Made by a program: the position numbers and the translations under genes. From a virus: 64,000 bases of DNA. Under the pieces are notes generated by a model, which worked only from the letters and a program-made list of their open reading frames with translations, did not search any database and was not told where the DNA came from. Location: positions 32,001-96,000 of IMG/VR virus record IMGVR_UViG_3300045988_136394; one strand, given 5' to 3'. This document shows, piece after piece, positions 40,196-49,374 of this stretch; the stretch's first letter is position 1, and each line of letters starts with the position of its first letter.

Positions 40196-40690
40196 TCACA
40201 ATACGTCGTCAGCCTCAATAACGGTCTTGTCATCATATTTTGATACCAATAGTACATCATGTCCGTAATATCCGTTGTGTTCATTATATGCAGCAAATTG
40301 TAACAAGCCTCTAGTCGTTTCAACATTAATAAACATAGCTGATCCAGCATCTAGATCTTCTTTCATGTTTGATACTATTGTCCCCAACTTAGTATCGGTA
40401 ACATAAACATTTTTTAATTCACTGCCAATAAAGCTTCCAAAATCGTCTTCACTAGATAAATAGCCCCAATTTTCACAACAATCTTGTTCATTATTTATGA
40501 CAAAATATAATTGTCTTGAATCTGTTTCAATACAATATCCATCATATGTGTTCCATTTATTATCAAAATAGACATCACTAACTTCTGTTATATTTTTTAT
40601 AATTTCCATATTTTTATTCACGCTCCAATACAGGCTCATAAGTTTCAAGGAAGATATCTTCATTTTTACTCGCTCCAATTTTTCGCGCAC
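40196..40690 (-). CDS. Hypothetical protein
   Basis: ORF. Confidence 0.45.
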   Translation of the reverse strand: MREKLERVKMKISSLKLMSLYWSVNKNMEIIKNITEVSDVYFDNKWNTYDGYCIETDSRQLYFVINNEQDCCENWGYLSSEDDFGSFIGSELKNVYVTDTKLGTIVSNMKEDLDAGSAMFINVETTRGLLQFAAYNEHNGYYGHDVLLVSKYDDKTVIEADDVL

Positions 40691-40980
40691 TCGTCACATA
40701 GCACCTCTACTTCATCTAAAACTGTTGCTGTATCATTCTGAACACGTGTCCCACAGTTTGAACAAGACAGCCACCAGCCATGACTTAAAAATTCTTTTGC
40801 TGGTATTATTTTACTGGCTCCATATTTATCAGCCCACGGAACACGATAAACCCGTATTTCTGTAAATTCTCTATCATGTTCGGAAGCAAGTAACGCTTTA
40901 GCTTTTCCCGGTGTAGCCGCCCAAACTACATGACTTTCGTCACGATATTCGTCGTCCCATTCATAAGCTTTTATATTCAT
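40666..40980 (-). CDS. Hypothetical protein with C-terminal zinc ribbon
   Basis: CSNCG...CDEC. Confidence 0.45.
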   Translation of the reverse strand: MNIKAYEWDDEYRDESHVVWAATPGKAKALLASEHDREFTEIRVYRVPWADKYGASKIIPAKEFLSHGWWLSCSNCGTRVQNDTATVLDEVEVLCDECAKNWSE

Positions 40981-41002
40981 TCTTTTTTATCTCCTATACA
41001 TT

Positions 41003-41257
41003 TTAATCCGCTTCAAATAGCGGAATATCTTTTCCTACACTGGCTATACGCTTTTCGGCTATGTCGCAATATTCCGCTGATATTTCAAAACCTATAAATT
41101 TTCTGCATGTTAATATAGCCATTTTTGCTGTTGTACCGCTGCCACAAAACGGGTCTAGAACAACATCACCTTTATTTGACCAATTTATTAAACAATGTTT
41201 GGCTATGGATAACACCTTTATTCCTTCCTTCGTCAACCGCGACGTAAAAATATACGT
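41003..41257 (-). pseudogene. Truncated DNA methyltransferase (C-terminal motif I fragment of beta-class N6A/N4C MTase)
   Basis: DPFCGSGTT SAM-binding motif + IGFEI; frame opens only about 85 codons before stop; no N-terminal catalytic (DPPY) region; upstream replaced by 41172..41519 gene. Confidence 0.5.
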
Positions 41258-41519
41258 CGCCTATTTCGGGCTGCCACGGTTTCTTTTTGACATAGTATAA
41301 GCCAGTTAATAAACCTAACAATATAGTGGGGCAAAAGTTTTCATCCTTTTTAGAAATTAAAATGTCATTTGTGTATGTTGGAGTGTTTTTAAAGAAAAAT
41401 GCTTCATTATCTTTATATACTTTACTGCCGTTTTCGTACACTATTGTAAATTCTTCGCCTAATTCTAAATTGTTTTCATTTAAAAAATATTGAATATATT
41501 TACTTACCATTATTATCAC
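41172..41519 (-). CDS. Hypothetical protein, paralog of 39173..39592
   Basis: Shared N-terminal motif. Confidence 0.45.
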   Translation of the reverse strand: MIIMVSKYIQYFLNENNLELGEEFTIVYENGSKVYKDNEAFFFKNTPTYTNDILISKKDENFCPTILLGLLTGLYYVKKKPWQPEIGDVYFYVAVDEGRNKGVIHSQTLFNKLVK

Positions 41520-41916
41520 CGTCCATTTTAGCCCCGCACTCCGGGCAGTATTTTGTTTCGTATTCTTCTATGTTTTGGCAAACGCTGCACATACTTGCGT
41601 CAAAAGTAATGTCTATCCAATGCCCTTTATCACGTTCTTTTTCCGCTGGCATATCGTTAATAAGTTCGTAGGCGCATTGATAGCCATTAAATTTTCCTTC
41701 GTAAAACCTACCGCTATATTCTTTTATAGCTTCTCCTGCAAGATATAGTGCTTTTAATGCGGGCTTAAAAAGCTGTATCTGCTGCCCACATTTTGGGCAG
41801 TAAACAGAATCGCTGTTATTCACCGTGTCCGTGATGTGATAATCACATTCAGGGCAAAAATCTACTCTTTCCCCATTTCTTAATTTAAATCTCTTGCTAT
41901 ATTTTATATTTGTCAT
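41500..41916 (-). CDS. Zinc-ribbon protein, paralog family
   Basis: CPECDYH...CPKCG plus C-terminal ...EYETKYCPECGAKMDGD. Confidence 0.5.
   Translation of the reverse strand: MTNIKYSKRFKLRNGERVDFCPECDYHITDTVNNSDSVYCPKCGQQIQLFKPALKALYLAGEAIKEYSGRFYEGKFNGYQCAYELINDMPAEKERDKGHWIDITFDASMCSVCQNIEEYETKYCPECGAKMDGDNNGK
41516..41568. repeat. 53-bp exact direct repeat (copy 2)
   Basis: See copy 1. Confidence 0.8.
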
Positions 41917-41930
41917 ATTTTTTCACTCCT

Positions 41931-42386
41931 TTATGGCAGTCCCCTTACTGTTACTATTTCCTTTTTATCGTTGGCACGAATTTCTACTGTATGAATTTCA
42001 AATTTTTGCACATAGCCGCACTTGTTATATATCGCCTGTGCGCCTTGTTTCGCCCTTGCAAACGTTTTATAAAGCTTAACTTCTCCATTGATTGTTGGAA
42101 CGTGTCCCGGTACATATATATCGCCTTGAAGTCCTATTGTTCCAGTGTAGTAGCCTAAATTGTTGCCTGTGCAATTTCCGAAATTATGAATTAAATAAAT
42201 CGCGTACCGGGTATGTGAATCTAGTTGAAAAAAATCCCCGTACTGCTTTGCCGCCGTCAAGGTCGGAAAAGATTTTATCATTCTATCTCGAAAATATAAT
42301 ATGTAGTGTCGGTTCACTTTTTCTATCGTGATTAAATGGCTATGTGACATTTTATAACAGTCATTTACTTTATCTTTAATCCACAT
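41931..42386 (-). CDS. Hypothetical protein, first gene of early leftward operon
   Basis: RBS AGAGAGG; about 300 nt downstream of consensus promoter. Confidence 0.5.
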   Translation of the reverse strand: MWIKDKVNDCYKMSHSHLITIEKVNRHYILYFRDRMIKSFPTLTAAKQYGDFFQLDSHTRYAIYLIHNFGNCTGNNLGYYTGTIGLQGDIYVPGHVPTINGEVKLYKTFARAKQGAQAIYNKCGYVQKFEIHTVEIRANDKKEIVTVRGLP

Positions 42387-42696
42387 TCTGGTAAACCTCT
42401 CTTATAATGATATCTGTAGTTATTCGGTATATTTCACGAATAGCAATCGTGTTTTCTTGGCGGTATTTCAAACTAAAAAGTTTTATGTAGTCTTTTGCTA
42501 TTTCCATGCTATCAAAATCTAACTTTTCTTGTATCTTGCCATTTATAACAATGCAGTATATCTTTTTTTACAACAGCGTTACTATCTTGCATTTTATTCC
42601 TCGTCTGCTTCTTCAACTTTCGGGTAACGCATATCAAGATATTCGCAGTCTATATTGCCCCCTTTATTTTTTTATTTTTCCTTACCTCTTGTCTAT

Positions 42697-42725
42697 ATTA
42701 TAGCCCCCCTTTGTCTTGTTGTCAA
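42697..42725 (-). promoter_or_regulatory. Consensus sigma-70 promoter on minus strand: TTGACA-17-TATAAT (copy A)
   Basis: Plus tgtcaa 42720-42725, attata 42697-42702, exact 17-nt spacer; duplicated with flanks at 56693..56721. Confidence 0.65.
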
Positions 42726-42751
42726 GTATTTTTTGAAAAATTGCAAAATTA

Positions 42752-42782
42752 AAAAACAGGGCAAAAGCCCTGCTTTTTTGCT
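42752..42782. terminator. Bidirectional hairpin terminator AAAAAACAGGGC-aaaa-GCCCTGCTTTTTT
   Basis: 7-bp GC stem flanked by A6 and T6; ends block-2 tail operon. Confidence 0.65.
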
Positions 42783-42902
42783 TTTCTGCTTTTTGGTTAT
42801 AAGTTAGGAAAAATAAATTCAAAAACAGAAAGACTGTCAGCTTGGTAAACTGTAGCGATTATTCTGTGATTAATTAAGTTTTTAAAATTATAACACACTT
42901 TT

Positions 42903-43418
42903 TTAAAATTCAACTGAAAAAATCTTGTCTGCACGTTTATATTTGTTTACCGCGTCCCGTGCTTGCTTGAAGCGGTTGTACGCGGATTGTTGCAGCAAGG
43001 CGGATTTTAATAAAATGCTTTCAAAGTCGCCTACCGTTAATGTTACAAGCTCATATTCTCCCGCTTCATTTTTTGCCCTAAAAAGGTTATCGCCTTTCAT
43101 TTTTGCAACTTCATGCGCCGAATTAAATTTAATAATGTTGTCCGTGTCCCGGTCAATGTAGTAAGTCTTACCGTTGACTTCGTACTTTGTGGGGACTACT
43201 AATTCGGACTGATATTCTTGATATAGCTGGCTAATGCGTATAGCTCGGGCTTCATCCGTACTGTAATTTAATTCTAATTTTAATATATTTAACGCGCTAC
43301 ACTGTTCATCTGTCAATGTGTTTGGAAGTGATACATTCGGCATAGCTCGCCGCAACGCGTTAATGCTGGTGTAGTCAGTCCCTTTGTATCTATACACTGT
43401 TTTTTTGTCCATTTTCAA
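42903..43418 (-). CDS. Hypothetical protein downstream of tail fiber
   Basis: ORF. Confidence 0.45.
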   Translation of the reverse strand: MKMDKKTVYRYKGTDYTSINALRRAMPNVSLPNTLTDEQCSALNILKLELNYSTDEARAIRISQLYQEYQSELVVPTKYEVNGKTYYIDRDTDNIIKFNSAHEVAKMKGDNLFRAKNEAGEYELVTLTVGDFESILLKSALLQQSAYNRFKQARDAVNKYKRADKIFSVEF

Positions 43419-43427
43419 ACCCCTTTC

Positions 43428-46103
43428 TTAACCGCTATACGGCAGGACTACTGTGTCGCATACCTGAATTGAAAAGCTGCTTCCATAATTCGTTATTGCT
43501 ATAATATTAATTATATTGTTCGCATTTGCCGTTAAGGTCGGCGCAACACCTTTAGGGTAGTAGACTGTGCTAGCCGTCGGGAACTTCCAAGTTACCGCCG
43601 GAACAGTAGCCCCCACATGTAACCAAATGGTTAATGTCTTACACATATGAGGCCCCGATCCAAAGGGCGCTTTGAAGTCTATTGCCGAAAAATTCATATT
43701 TAAGCTCGACGGGTTATTGATCGAACAGTTAACCAGATAGCAATTTGCTGTTGATTCATAATCAACGGTATTCCCTGTATTTGGCGATGCGAAGCGAGTA
43801 ACTTCCGCTGTTCCCGTAAAGTAAAGGCAGCTTTCATTGTTCCCAGCTTGAATAACGCCGTTAAATATGCCAGTATTTAACGTTGAGCCAACCGTTAAGC
43901 TCTGTGATATATAAAAGTTACCATTGCTATCAATGCTGCTTGTGTTGCTGGCTAGGTTGTTCGGCGTGAATAGTATCTGCCCATTACTGTCTGCCTTTAT
44001 AGTTACATTATTGTTATTTCTGTCAACTTCTAATATCTTAAAGTTTCCAACTTGCAAGGCTGCATTTTTCGTATAGCTGATAGCAGAATTATTCTGTAAA
44101 GAAAATATACTGTAGTCAGTGCTAATGGCTTCTGCTTGATTTGAAAGCCGCATACCTGCCGTGTTATCGGCTGCCTCGGGGTAAAAACCTATGATTTTGC
44201 TTGTACCGCCGCCACCTACTCTTAAACCACTTGAAGTGCTATACTTTAGGATATTATTAGATAAAAAGTCAAGTGTAGCCGTCGTTGCAGTACCGCCTAT
44301 TGTGGCAACTTCTGTTGCGCCAACGTTAAAAAAGTGTGCCAGTCCTTCTGTTGCTGTATAATACATTGCTCCGGTAGTAGTGGAATTTATCTTTGCTTGC
44401 GTTGTTGCGCTATTAGGCTTCATGCCTAATGTGATAGTTCCACCACTGCCCGCAAGTGCGCCGTCCCTAACTGTTATAGGTTTGTTAAATGTGTTCGTTC
44501 CTGTAAAGTTGTTATCTCCTGCGGCGGTAACATCACCGCCACCGCTTGCCTCAATGGTAATATCTTGCGTGCCGTCAAATGCCACACCATTTATTGTGCG
44601 GGCAGTTTCTAGTTTCGTAGCTGTCTTTGCATTACCTAACCATTTTGCAACGCCGACATTTGTTATTCGCGCAAATTCAAAGGCATTATGTGAAAAGATT
44701 GCTGTTTCACTTTCGTTAGTAGTTATGGATGTAGCCGCAGTATTATTGCCAATTTTGAAGTAATGTCCAGTTTTTTCTGTAGCAATATAGTTTAACGCCC
44801 CTGTTGTGCTAGATATGATATTCGCTTGTACTGTTGCTGTACTGGGTTTTACGCCAAAAATAACCTGTCCTTGACTGCCTGCCGCTGTGCCGCTTGATAC
44901 AGCAATGTTTGCTCTGAAAGTATTTAAAGCTGTAAAGGTATTGGCTGAATTTAATTGAGCGTATCCACTTAAATCATGGTTACCGCCTAGAATATCCCAT
45001 TGTGCGCCGTCCCATGCTACGTTGTCCCCTGCTTTAATACCGTGGTCGGGGTCTGCCGTTTCGACGTTATAAACGTCACCTATTTTCTGCCCAGTAGTCG
45101 GTAAATCTGCGTAAGTCGCAACGCTGCCTTTATATTGATATACCGTTGTTAATCCGAGTTGTTCGGCGGTTACTTTGTGCGGGTTATTGAAGTCAGCTTC
45201 ATGTGTAGCAAGGTTATTCGCTACAGTATTTATCTTTTTAGTTAATGTCGTCGTAGTTCCGTCAATATCTGCTTTTGTAGCCAGCTTATACCACTCTGAC
45301 CAGCTGCTAACGGTAGCCGGGTCACTGTTTTCTACAATTTGCCCGAAACGGTTATAAATCGCTCCGGTCGTTTTGCTCACCCATAGCTGTTTACATACGC
45401 TGTCATTATAATCGTTATCAACGTTTAAAAAGCCCGGGTTTGTTTCGGGCGCGTTAGGATTATTAGAAGCTTGTAAATACCAGCGATGAATATCAACTAA
45501 TGTGTTTACATCTGTCGCTTCTGTCACGTTATTATAATAGTTTAAAATGCTTAACTGCTCAATTTTTGTCAATGCGTCCTCTGCTTTTGTTAACGCATTT
45601 TTAGCGTCATTAGCTGCGCTGTTAGCGGCTTTTTGCGCAGCGTCAGCAGTATTTTGCGCAGCGTCGGCGGCTTTTTGCGCAGCGTCGGCTAAATCGTATG
45701 CTTCGTCTGCTCTTTTTTGCGCTGCTGCTGCGGCTGTAGCGGCAGATGTTCCAACGCTTAAAGCATTGTTTGCAATATTCAATGCAGTATCAGCGGTTTG
45801 TTGCGCTGTTTGAGCCGCGGCAAGTGCATTATTCGCCGTTTCTAATGCTGCTAAAGCTATGTTATAAGCCTGTTGTGCTATTTTTAACGCTTCATCTGCG
45901 ACTTGTTCCGTTGCATATGCTACGTTGCCTATATCGTTAATAGCGTCCTCTGTTTGTTGCTGAAAGTATAACCCTGGCAGTGCGCCCTCTATCGGCAGGT
46001 ATTTGAATTTGTAGTATTCTCTGTTTAATATCTTGTTATTAATGTCATCTAATAACCTAGCATTTCTTATACGGGTTGAGTTGACTATATTGTTAATATC
46101 CAT
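43428..46103 (-). CDS. Tail fiber protein (891 aa) with Ala-rich repeat region
   Basis: Conserved fiber segments shared with 13478..15796; imperfect 21-bp tandem repeats around 45600-45700 encoding DAAQKAA-like heptads. Confidence 0.8.
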   Translation of the reverse strand: MDINNIVNSTRIRNARLLDDINNKILNREYYKFKYLPIEGALPGLYFQQQTEDAINDIGNVAYATEQVADEALKIAQQAYNIALAALETANNALAAAQTAQQTADTALNIANNALSVGTSAATAAAAAQKRADEAYDLADAAQKAADAAQNTADAAQKAANSAANDAKNALTKAEDALTKIEQLSILNYYNNVTEATDVNTLVDIHRWYLQASNNPNAPETNPGFLNVDNDYNDSVCKQLWVSKTTGAIYNRFGQIVENSDPATVSSWSEWYKLATKADIDGTTTTLTKKINTVANNLATHEADFNNPHKVTAEQLGLTTVYQYKGSVATYADLPTTGQKIGDVYNVETADPDHGIKAGDNVAWDGAQWDILGGNHDLSGYAQLNSANTFTALNTFRANIAVSSGTAAGSQGQVIFGVKPSTATVQANIISSTTGALNYIATEKTGHYFKIGNNTAATSITTNESETAIFSHNAFEFARITNVGVAKWLGNAKTATKLETARTINGVAFDGTQDITIEASGGGDVTAAGDNNFTGTNTFNKPITVRDGALAGSGGTITLGMKPNSATTQAKINSTTTGAMYYTATEGLAHFFNVGATEVATIGGTATTATLDFLSNNILKYSTSSGLRVGGGGTSKIIGFYPEAADNTAGMRLSNQAEAISTDYSIFSLQNNSAISYTKNAALQVGNFKILEVDRNNNNVTIKADSNGQILFTPNNLASNTSSIDSNGNFYISQSLTVGSTLNTGIFNGVIQAGNNESCLYFTGTAEVTRFASPNTGNTVDYESTANCYLVNCSINNPSSLNMNFSAIDFKAPFGSGPHMCKTLTIWLHVGATVPAVTWKFPTASTVYYPKGVAPTLTANANNIINIIAITNYGSSFSIQVCDTVVLPYSG

Positions 46104-46118
46104 TTTTTCACCCCTTTG

Positions 46119-46844
46119 TTAATCGCTTATTAATGGTAGCCAGCGCACATACTCCGCGCCACTCACTAAATAGGTAGCACCTTTTGGTACTGGAAAAGAT
46201 ATTGAACAGTTTCCTTGTCCGTATTTACCTCTACCTGCGGTATACATTACTTCTAAACCGTTTACATAGCCAGTAATCCCAGTATTCCGATAACTTTTTG
46301 CAGTTATAATTCCGTCTGTTGTAGCAGTGCCATTTGATGAAACACTTGAATAACTGCCGAAATGTGTTGCCACAGGTTTGGGTATCTCTCCAATGGATAT
46401 GTCTATCTTATCTTGTACTTGTTCAGGTGTGATACCGCCTATATATGGCAAAAGCTCTTGCCAGTATGTTGTATCAATGCCCGGAGTTTTTAGCCCTGCC
46501 GCCGTATCTACGCCATTAGCAAGAATGCACATATAAAGCTTGTTGTTGTGATTTACTAGGCAGTTTGCAGAATACTGTAAAGTCGTCTTGTAAGTCATTA
46601 AACCGCCGCTTTGCTGCCAATAAGCGAAAGCGGATAACATATAAAGAATACCGTTAAAGTCTGCCCGTGTCGGGGCTATGCCGCCTGCCTTAATTGGGAC
46701 TTGCGTTATAGCAGGGAAGCCGTTCGTCTGTGACGCTAATCCCGTTGTTTCGTTATTCGTTGCCGGAATGATGTTTTTTGTCCCTTCGTTTGCAAAGGGT
46801 CTTTCAAATAAATACAATGGTTCTTGAACTACTGGTATAGCCAT
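46119..46844 (-). CDS. Tail fiber/baseplate-associated protein
   Basis: Position between gpI-like and fiber. Confidence 0.45.
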   Translation of the reverse strand: MAIPVVQEPLYLFERPFANEGTKNIIPATNNETTGLASQTNGFPAITQVPIKAGGIAPTRADFNGILYMLSAFAYWQQSGGLMTYKTTLQYSANCLVNHNNKLYMCILANGVDTAAGLKTPGIDTTYWQELLPYIGGITPEQVQDKIDISIGEIPKPVATHFGSYSSVSSNGTATTDGIITAKSYRNTGITGYVNGLEVMYTAGRGKYGQGNCSISFPVPKGATYLVSGAEYVRWLPLISD

Positions 46845-46864
46845 TTTAACACTTCCTTTTTTCT

Positions 46865-47524
46865 TTATTCTATAGATTGGAGAGGGTACGGGTCAAAGAC
46901 GCCATTATTGAATGGTTGAAGCAGGCTGCCGTTAAAACCAAACGTATTATCGATATCAATCATTATCAGTGACCAGCCTACGCCTGCGCCTACGATTAAA
47001 TTCGCGCCTATCCTAAATATGGCAAGCTGTACATCTGTTAAATACATTGTGAATACGAAGCGAACGTGCATGGGATAGTTATTGTAAAACGTCCCGTCCT
47101 CTCTTTGCTTTTCGTCGATAACGTTGAATACAACGCCGCCCAGCTCCGGAAAAAGCTTGTTTAGCATATAGTTAAGCGTCGCAAGGCTTGCGTCGGTGAT
47201 ATTAGCTAAAGCTTTATAGTAAAGCAGTGAGCGGTATTCATCATCTTTTAACGTGAATTTTTTCCCGTTGATAGGGTCTGTTATAGTTCTGCCCATAACA
47301 AGGATTTCGCCCCATATATCAAGTCCAACGCCGTTAGCCGTCGCTATATTAAATATATTGTCGTAAAAGACAAGCATATCTTTGCTAGGATTAATGTTTG
47401 AGCGAAAATCATCTAAAATCTGATAAATAGTTGTGCTGCTACCGTATTGACTTTGGATATACGGTTGTAGTTCAACACGTATATTGTCGCACTCGCGCAC
47501 ATCTTCTTGCCCTCTAAAGTCCAT
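46865..47524 (-). CDS. Baseplate protein, XkdU/gpI-like
   Basis: Position after J-like gene. Confidence 0.55.
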   Translation of the reverse strand: MDFRGQEDVRECDNIRVELQPYIQSQYGSSTTIYQILDDFRSNINPSKDMLVFYDNIFNIATANGVGLDIWGEILVMGRTITDPINGKKFTLKDDEYRSLLYYKALANITDASLATLNYMLNKLFPELGGVVFNVIDEKQREDGTFYNNYPMHVRFVFTMYLTDVQLAIFRIGANLIVGAGVGWSLIMIDIDNTFGFNGSLLQPFNNGVFDPYPLQSIE

Positions 47525-47536
47525 GTTTAAGCCCCC

Positions 47537-48736
47537 TTAATCTAGTACAGTAATCGTGATATTGCTTTCGCTCATTACTGGTATCTGATTAGCTGGAATA
47601 TCAACGCTATCAGTCCATTCTGACCCGCTAGGGTATGATATCTCAATATTTTCAAGGTTATCTACACCGACGTCAACTATATCGGCGTAGAAGCGGCTTG
47701 CGTAAATCGTCTGTGCCATTTTCGCGCGTCCGTATTTATTTAATTCGCCGTTGAAGTTTTGAAGAACAACTTTTTTAATTTGTTCTTCGTAATTGGTCGG
47801 AAGCGTCGAAGTTTTCCTTATCTTTACAGACAGCGCGAATGTTGTTGTTGTCGGTATCTCAATGTAGTAAACGAATTCATTGCCTTTTTCATCTACATAA
47901 GCGATTTTTGTGTTTCCCGAAATTCCACAGCCGCCGTCAATTTTTTCGTGAATCGTTTTGGCTATACTCTCTATGTTCCCGCCATAGACGCTACAGTAAA
48001 TGCTATGCGGGGGCAGTGTGACGCCGTAAAGCACTTTGTCCGTGTCACCGCGGTTTTCTAAAACCGATACGGCTACTACGTCGGAAAGGTTAGCTAGTGC
48101 GCCCTCAACCGCCGACGCTATGCCGTGGGCGTTCTGTGCTACGCTGGCACGTCTGCGCTGCTCAAATTCTGCCTGCGTTTCGCTGTTTCGTCCGGTGACG
48201 CCTGCGGCTAGATTTGTTATGCTGTCCCAGCCGGGAACAACGGTAACTATCTTCGTAAGCTGCCCTACGCCTATTTCAATAGCCCCACGCTGGCTACAGC
48301 GGAAAATAGCTGTAGCTGTTCCGTCCTCTCCTATGGTCGTTACTGTGACGTTCGTATATGTGTATCCCTTTTGGTCTTGGACTATAGCTCCATAGGGTAT
48401 AACTGTGCCGTATGCGCCTTTGATGTTGCCCGTAACAAGGGTTGCTATGGCTATATGGCGTTCAATGAAGTAAATGCCTGCTAGTGCGTCCTGCCATATT
48501 CCAAGCGCGGTTTTTGGATTGAACATATTCGCAAGATAAAGAATCTCACTATCTTTCCTGTTAATCAATACAGCCTGTCCGTCAATAAGCTGCCCCGCTG
48601 GTGTTTCGGGGGCTGTGTCAAGCAATGGCTTATTGGGGTCTGTCGCGAATGCTTTTTGCCATTGAGTTACAAGGTTAGCCCGTATCGCCGCCGTTCCGCT
48701 TGATACAAGCCCCGTATCCGGGTTAAATGTTATCAT
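47537..48736 (-). CDS. Baseplate J-like protein
   Basis: 399 aa, position. Confidence 0.75.
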   Translation of the reverse strand: MITFNPDTGLVSSGTAAIRANLVTQWQKAFATDPNKPLLDTAPETPAGQLIDGQAVLINRKDSEILYLANMFNPKTALGIWQDALAGIYFIERHIAIATLVTGNIKGAYGTVIPYGAIVQDQKGYTYTNVTVTTIGEDGTATAIFRCSQRGAIEIGVGQLTKIVTVVPGWDSITNLAAGVTGRNSETQAEFEQRRRASVAQNAHGIASAVEGALANLSDVVAVSVLENRGDTDKVLYGVTLPPHSIYCSVYGGNIESIAKTIHEKIDGGCGISGNTKIAYVDEKGNEFVYYIEIPTTTTFALSVKIRKTSTLPTNYEEQIKKVVLQNFNGELNKYGRAKMAQTIYASRFYADIVDVGVDNLENIEISYPSGSEWTDSVDIPANQIPVMSESNITITVLD

Positions 48737-48748
48737 TATAAATCCCCC

Positions 48749-49363
48749 TTAATCGTTTAATCTAAATGGATTGATATGAAAAGCGATCATAGATTGCCCC
48801 GCAGTCCCCTTGAATTTCCAGCCTAAATAAATTCGCAGATAAAACCATTTGCAATATTTTTTTGTGTAAAATATGCTCCATGTTTTATTTAAAAATATTC
48901 GATTATCGTTAACGACAGCGATATAGCATTTGTCGTTTTCAGCATAGTTATAGTCAACGTATGTTTTTACCTTATCAGCTAATACATAACGCCCGCAAAC
49001 CTCATAAGAAAAGCCATAAGCAGTATTTCTGTAAAGCCAAACATTGCGGCAAATATAACGCTGAATTTTTTCCCATATAGTAAAATTCGGGTCTAATATC
49101 TCTACGTATCCCGGCTTCATGGCGTATTTATTTTTGAATTCAGGGGTGTATTTATAATGCTTGTCAAAGTCATATCTAAACAGCTTTGGAACGCCGCTGT
49201 TAATTGTATGCGGTATGTCGATACAATTATCGTAAGTCTGCCACCAGCGCAGAGGATATGGAAGTTCTCCGTGTTCGTTTGAGAATAATATTACAACTGG
49301 ATTAGTTACATAGCATATCAATGTAAACATGATATCTAATATTAGATAAAAAATGTAAGTCAT
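48749..49363 (-). CDS. AT-rich inserted gene inside baseplate module: N-terminal TM anchor, W/Y/C-rich 170-aa domain, unknown function
   Basis: Local AT-rich composition contrasting with flanking J and gp25-like genes; TM MTYIFYLILDIMFTLICYV. Confidence 0.5.
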   Translation of the reverse strand: MTYIFYLILDIMFTLICYVTNPVVILFSNEHGELPYPLRWWQTYDNCIDIPHTINSGVPKLFRYDFDKHYKYTPEFKNKYAMKPGYVEILDPNFTIWEKIQRYICRNVWLYRNTAYGFSYEVCGRYVLADKVKTYVDYNYAENDKCYIAVVNDNRIFLNKTWSIFYTKKYCKWFYLRIYLGWKFKGTAGQSMIAFHINPFRLND

Positions 49364-49374
49364 GTTTTCGCTCC

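Noticed and set aside
41003-41236. 77-aa ORF as an intact small methyltransferase
   Set aside because: The frame begins at a TTG just after an in-frame TAG and contains only the C-terminal SAM-binding motif. A functional MTase needs the catalytic DPPY-containing region, so it is called a truncated pseudogene.
42383-42620. Two short minus-strand ORFs (26 and 46 aa) in the leader between the early promoter and the first early gene
   Set aside because: No convincing RBS. They may be leader peptides but the evidence is insufficient.
43428-46103. Diversity-generating retroelement targeting the tail fiber
   Set aside because: No reverse transcriptase ORF and no template/variable repeat pair was found near either fiber gene.
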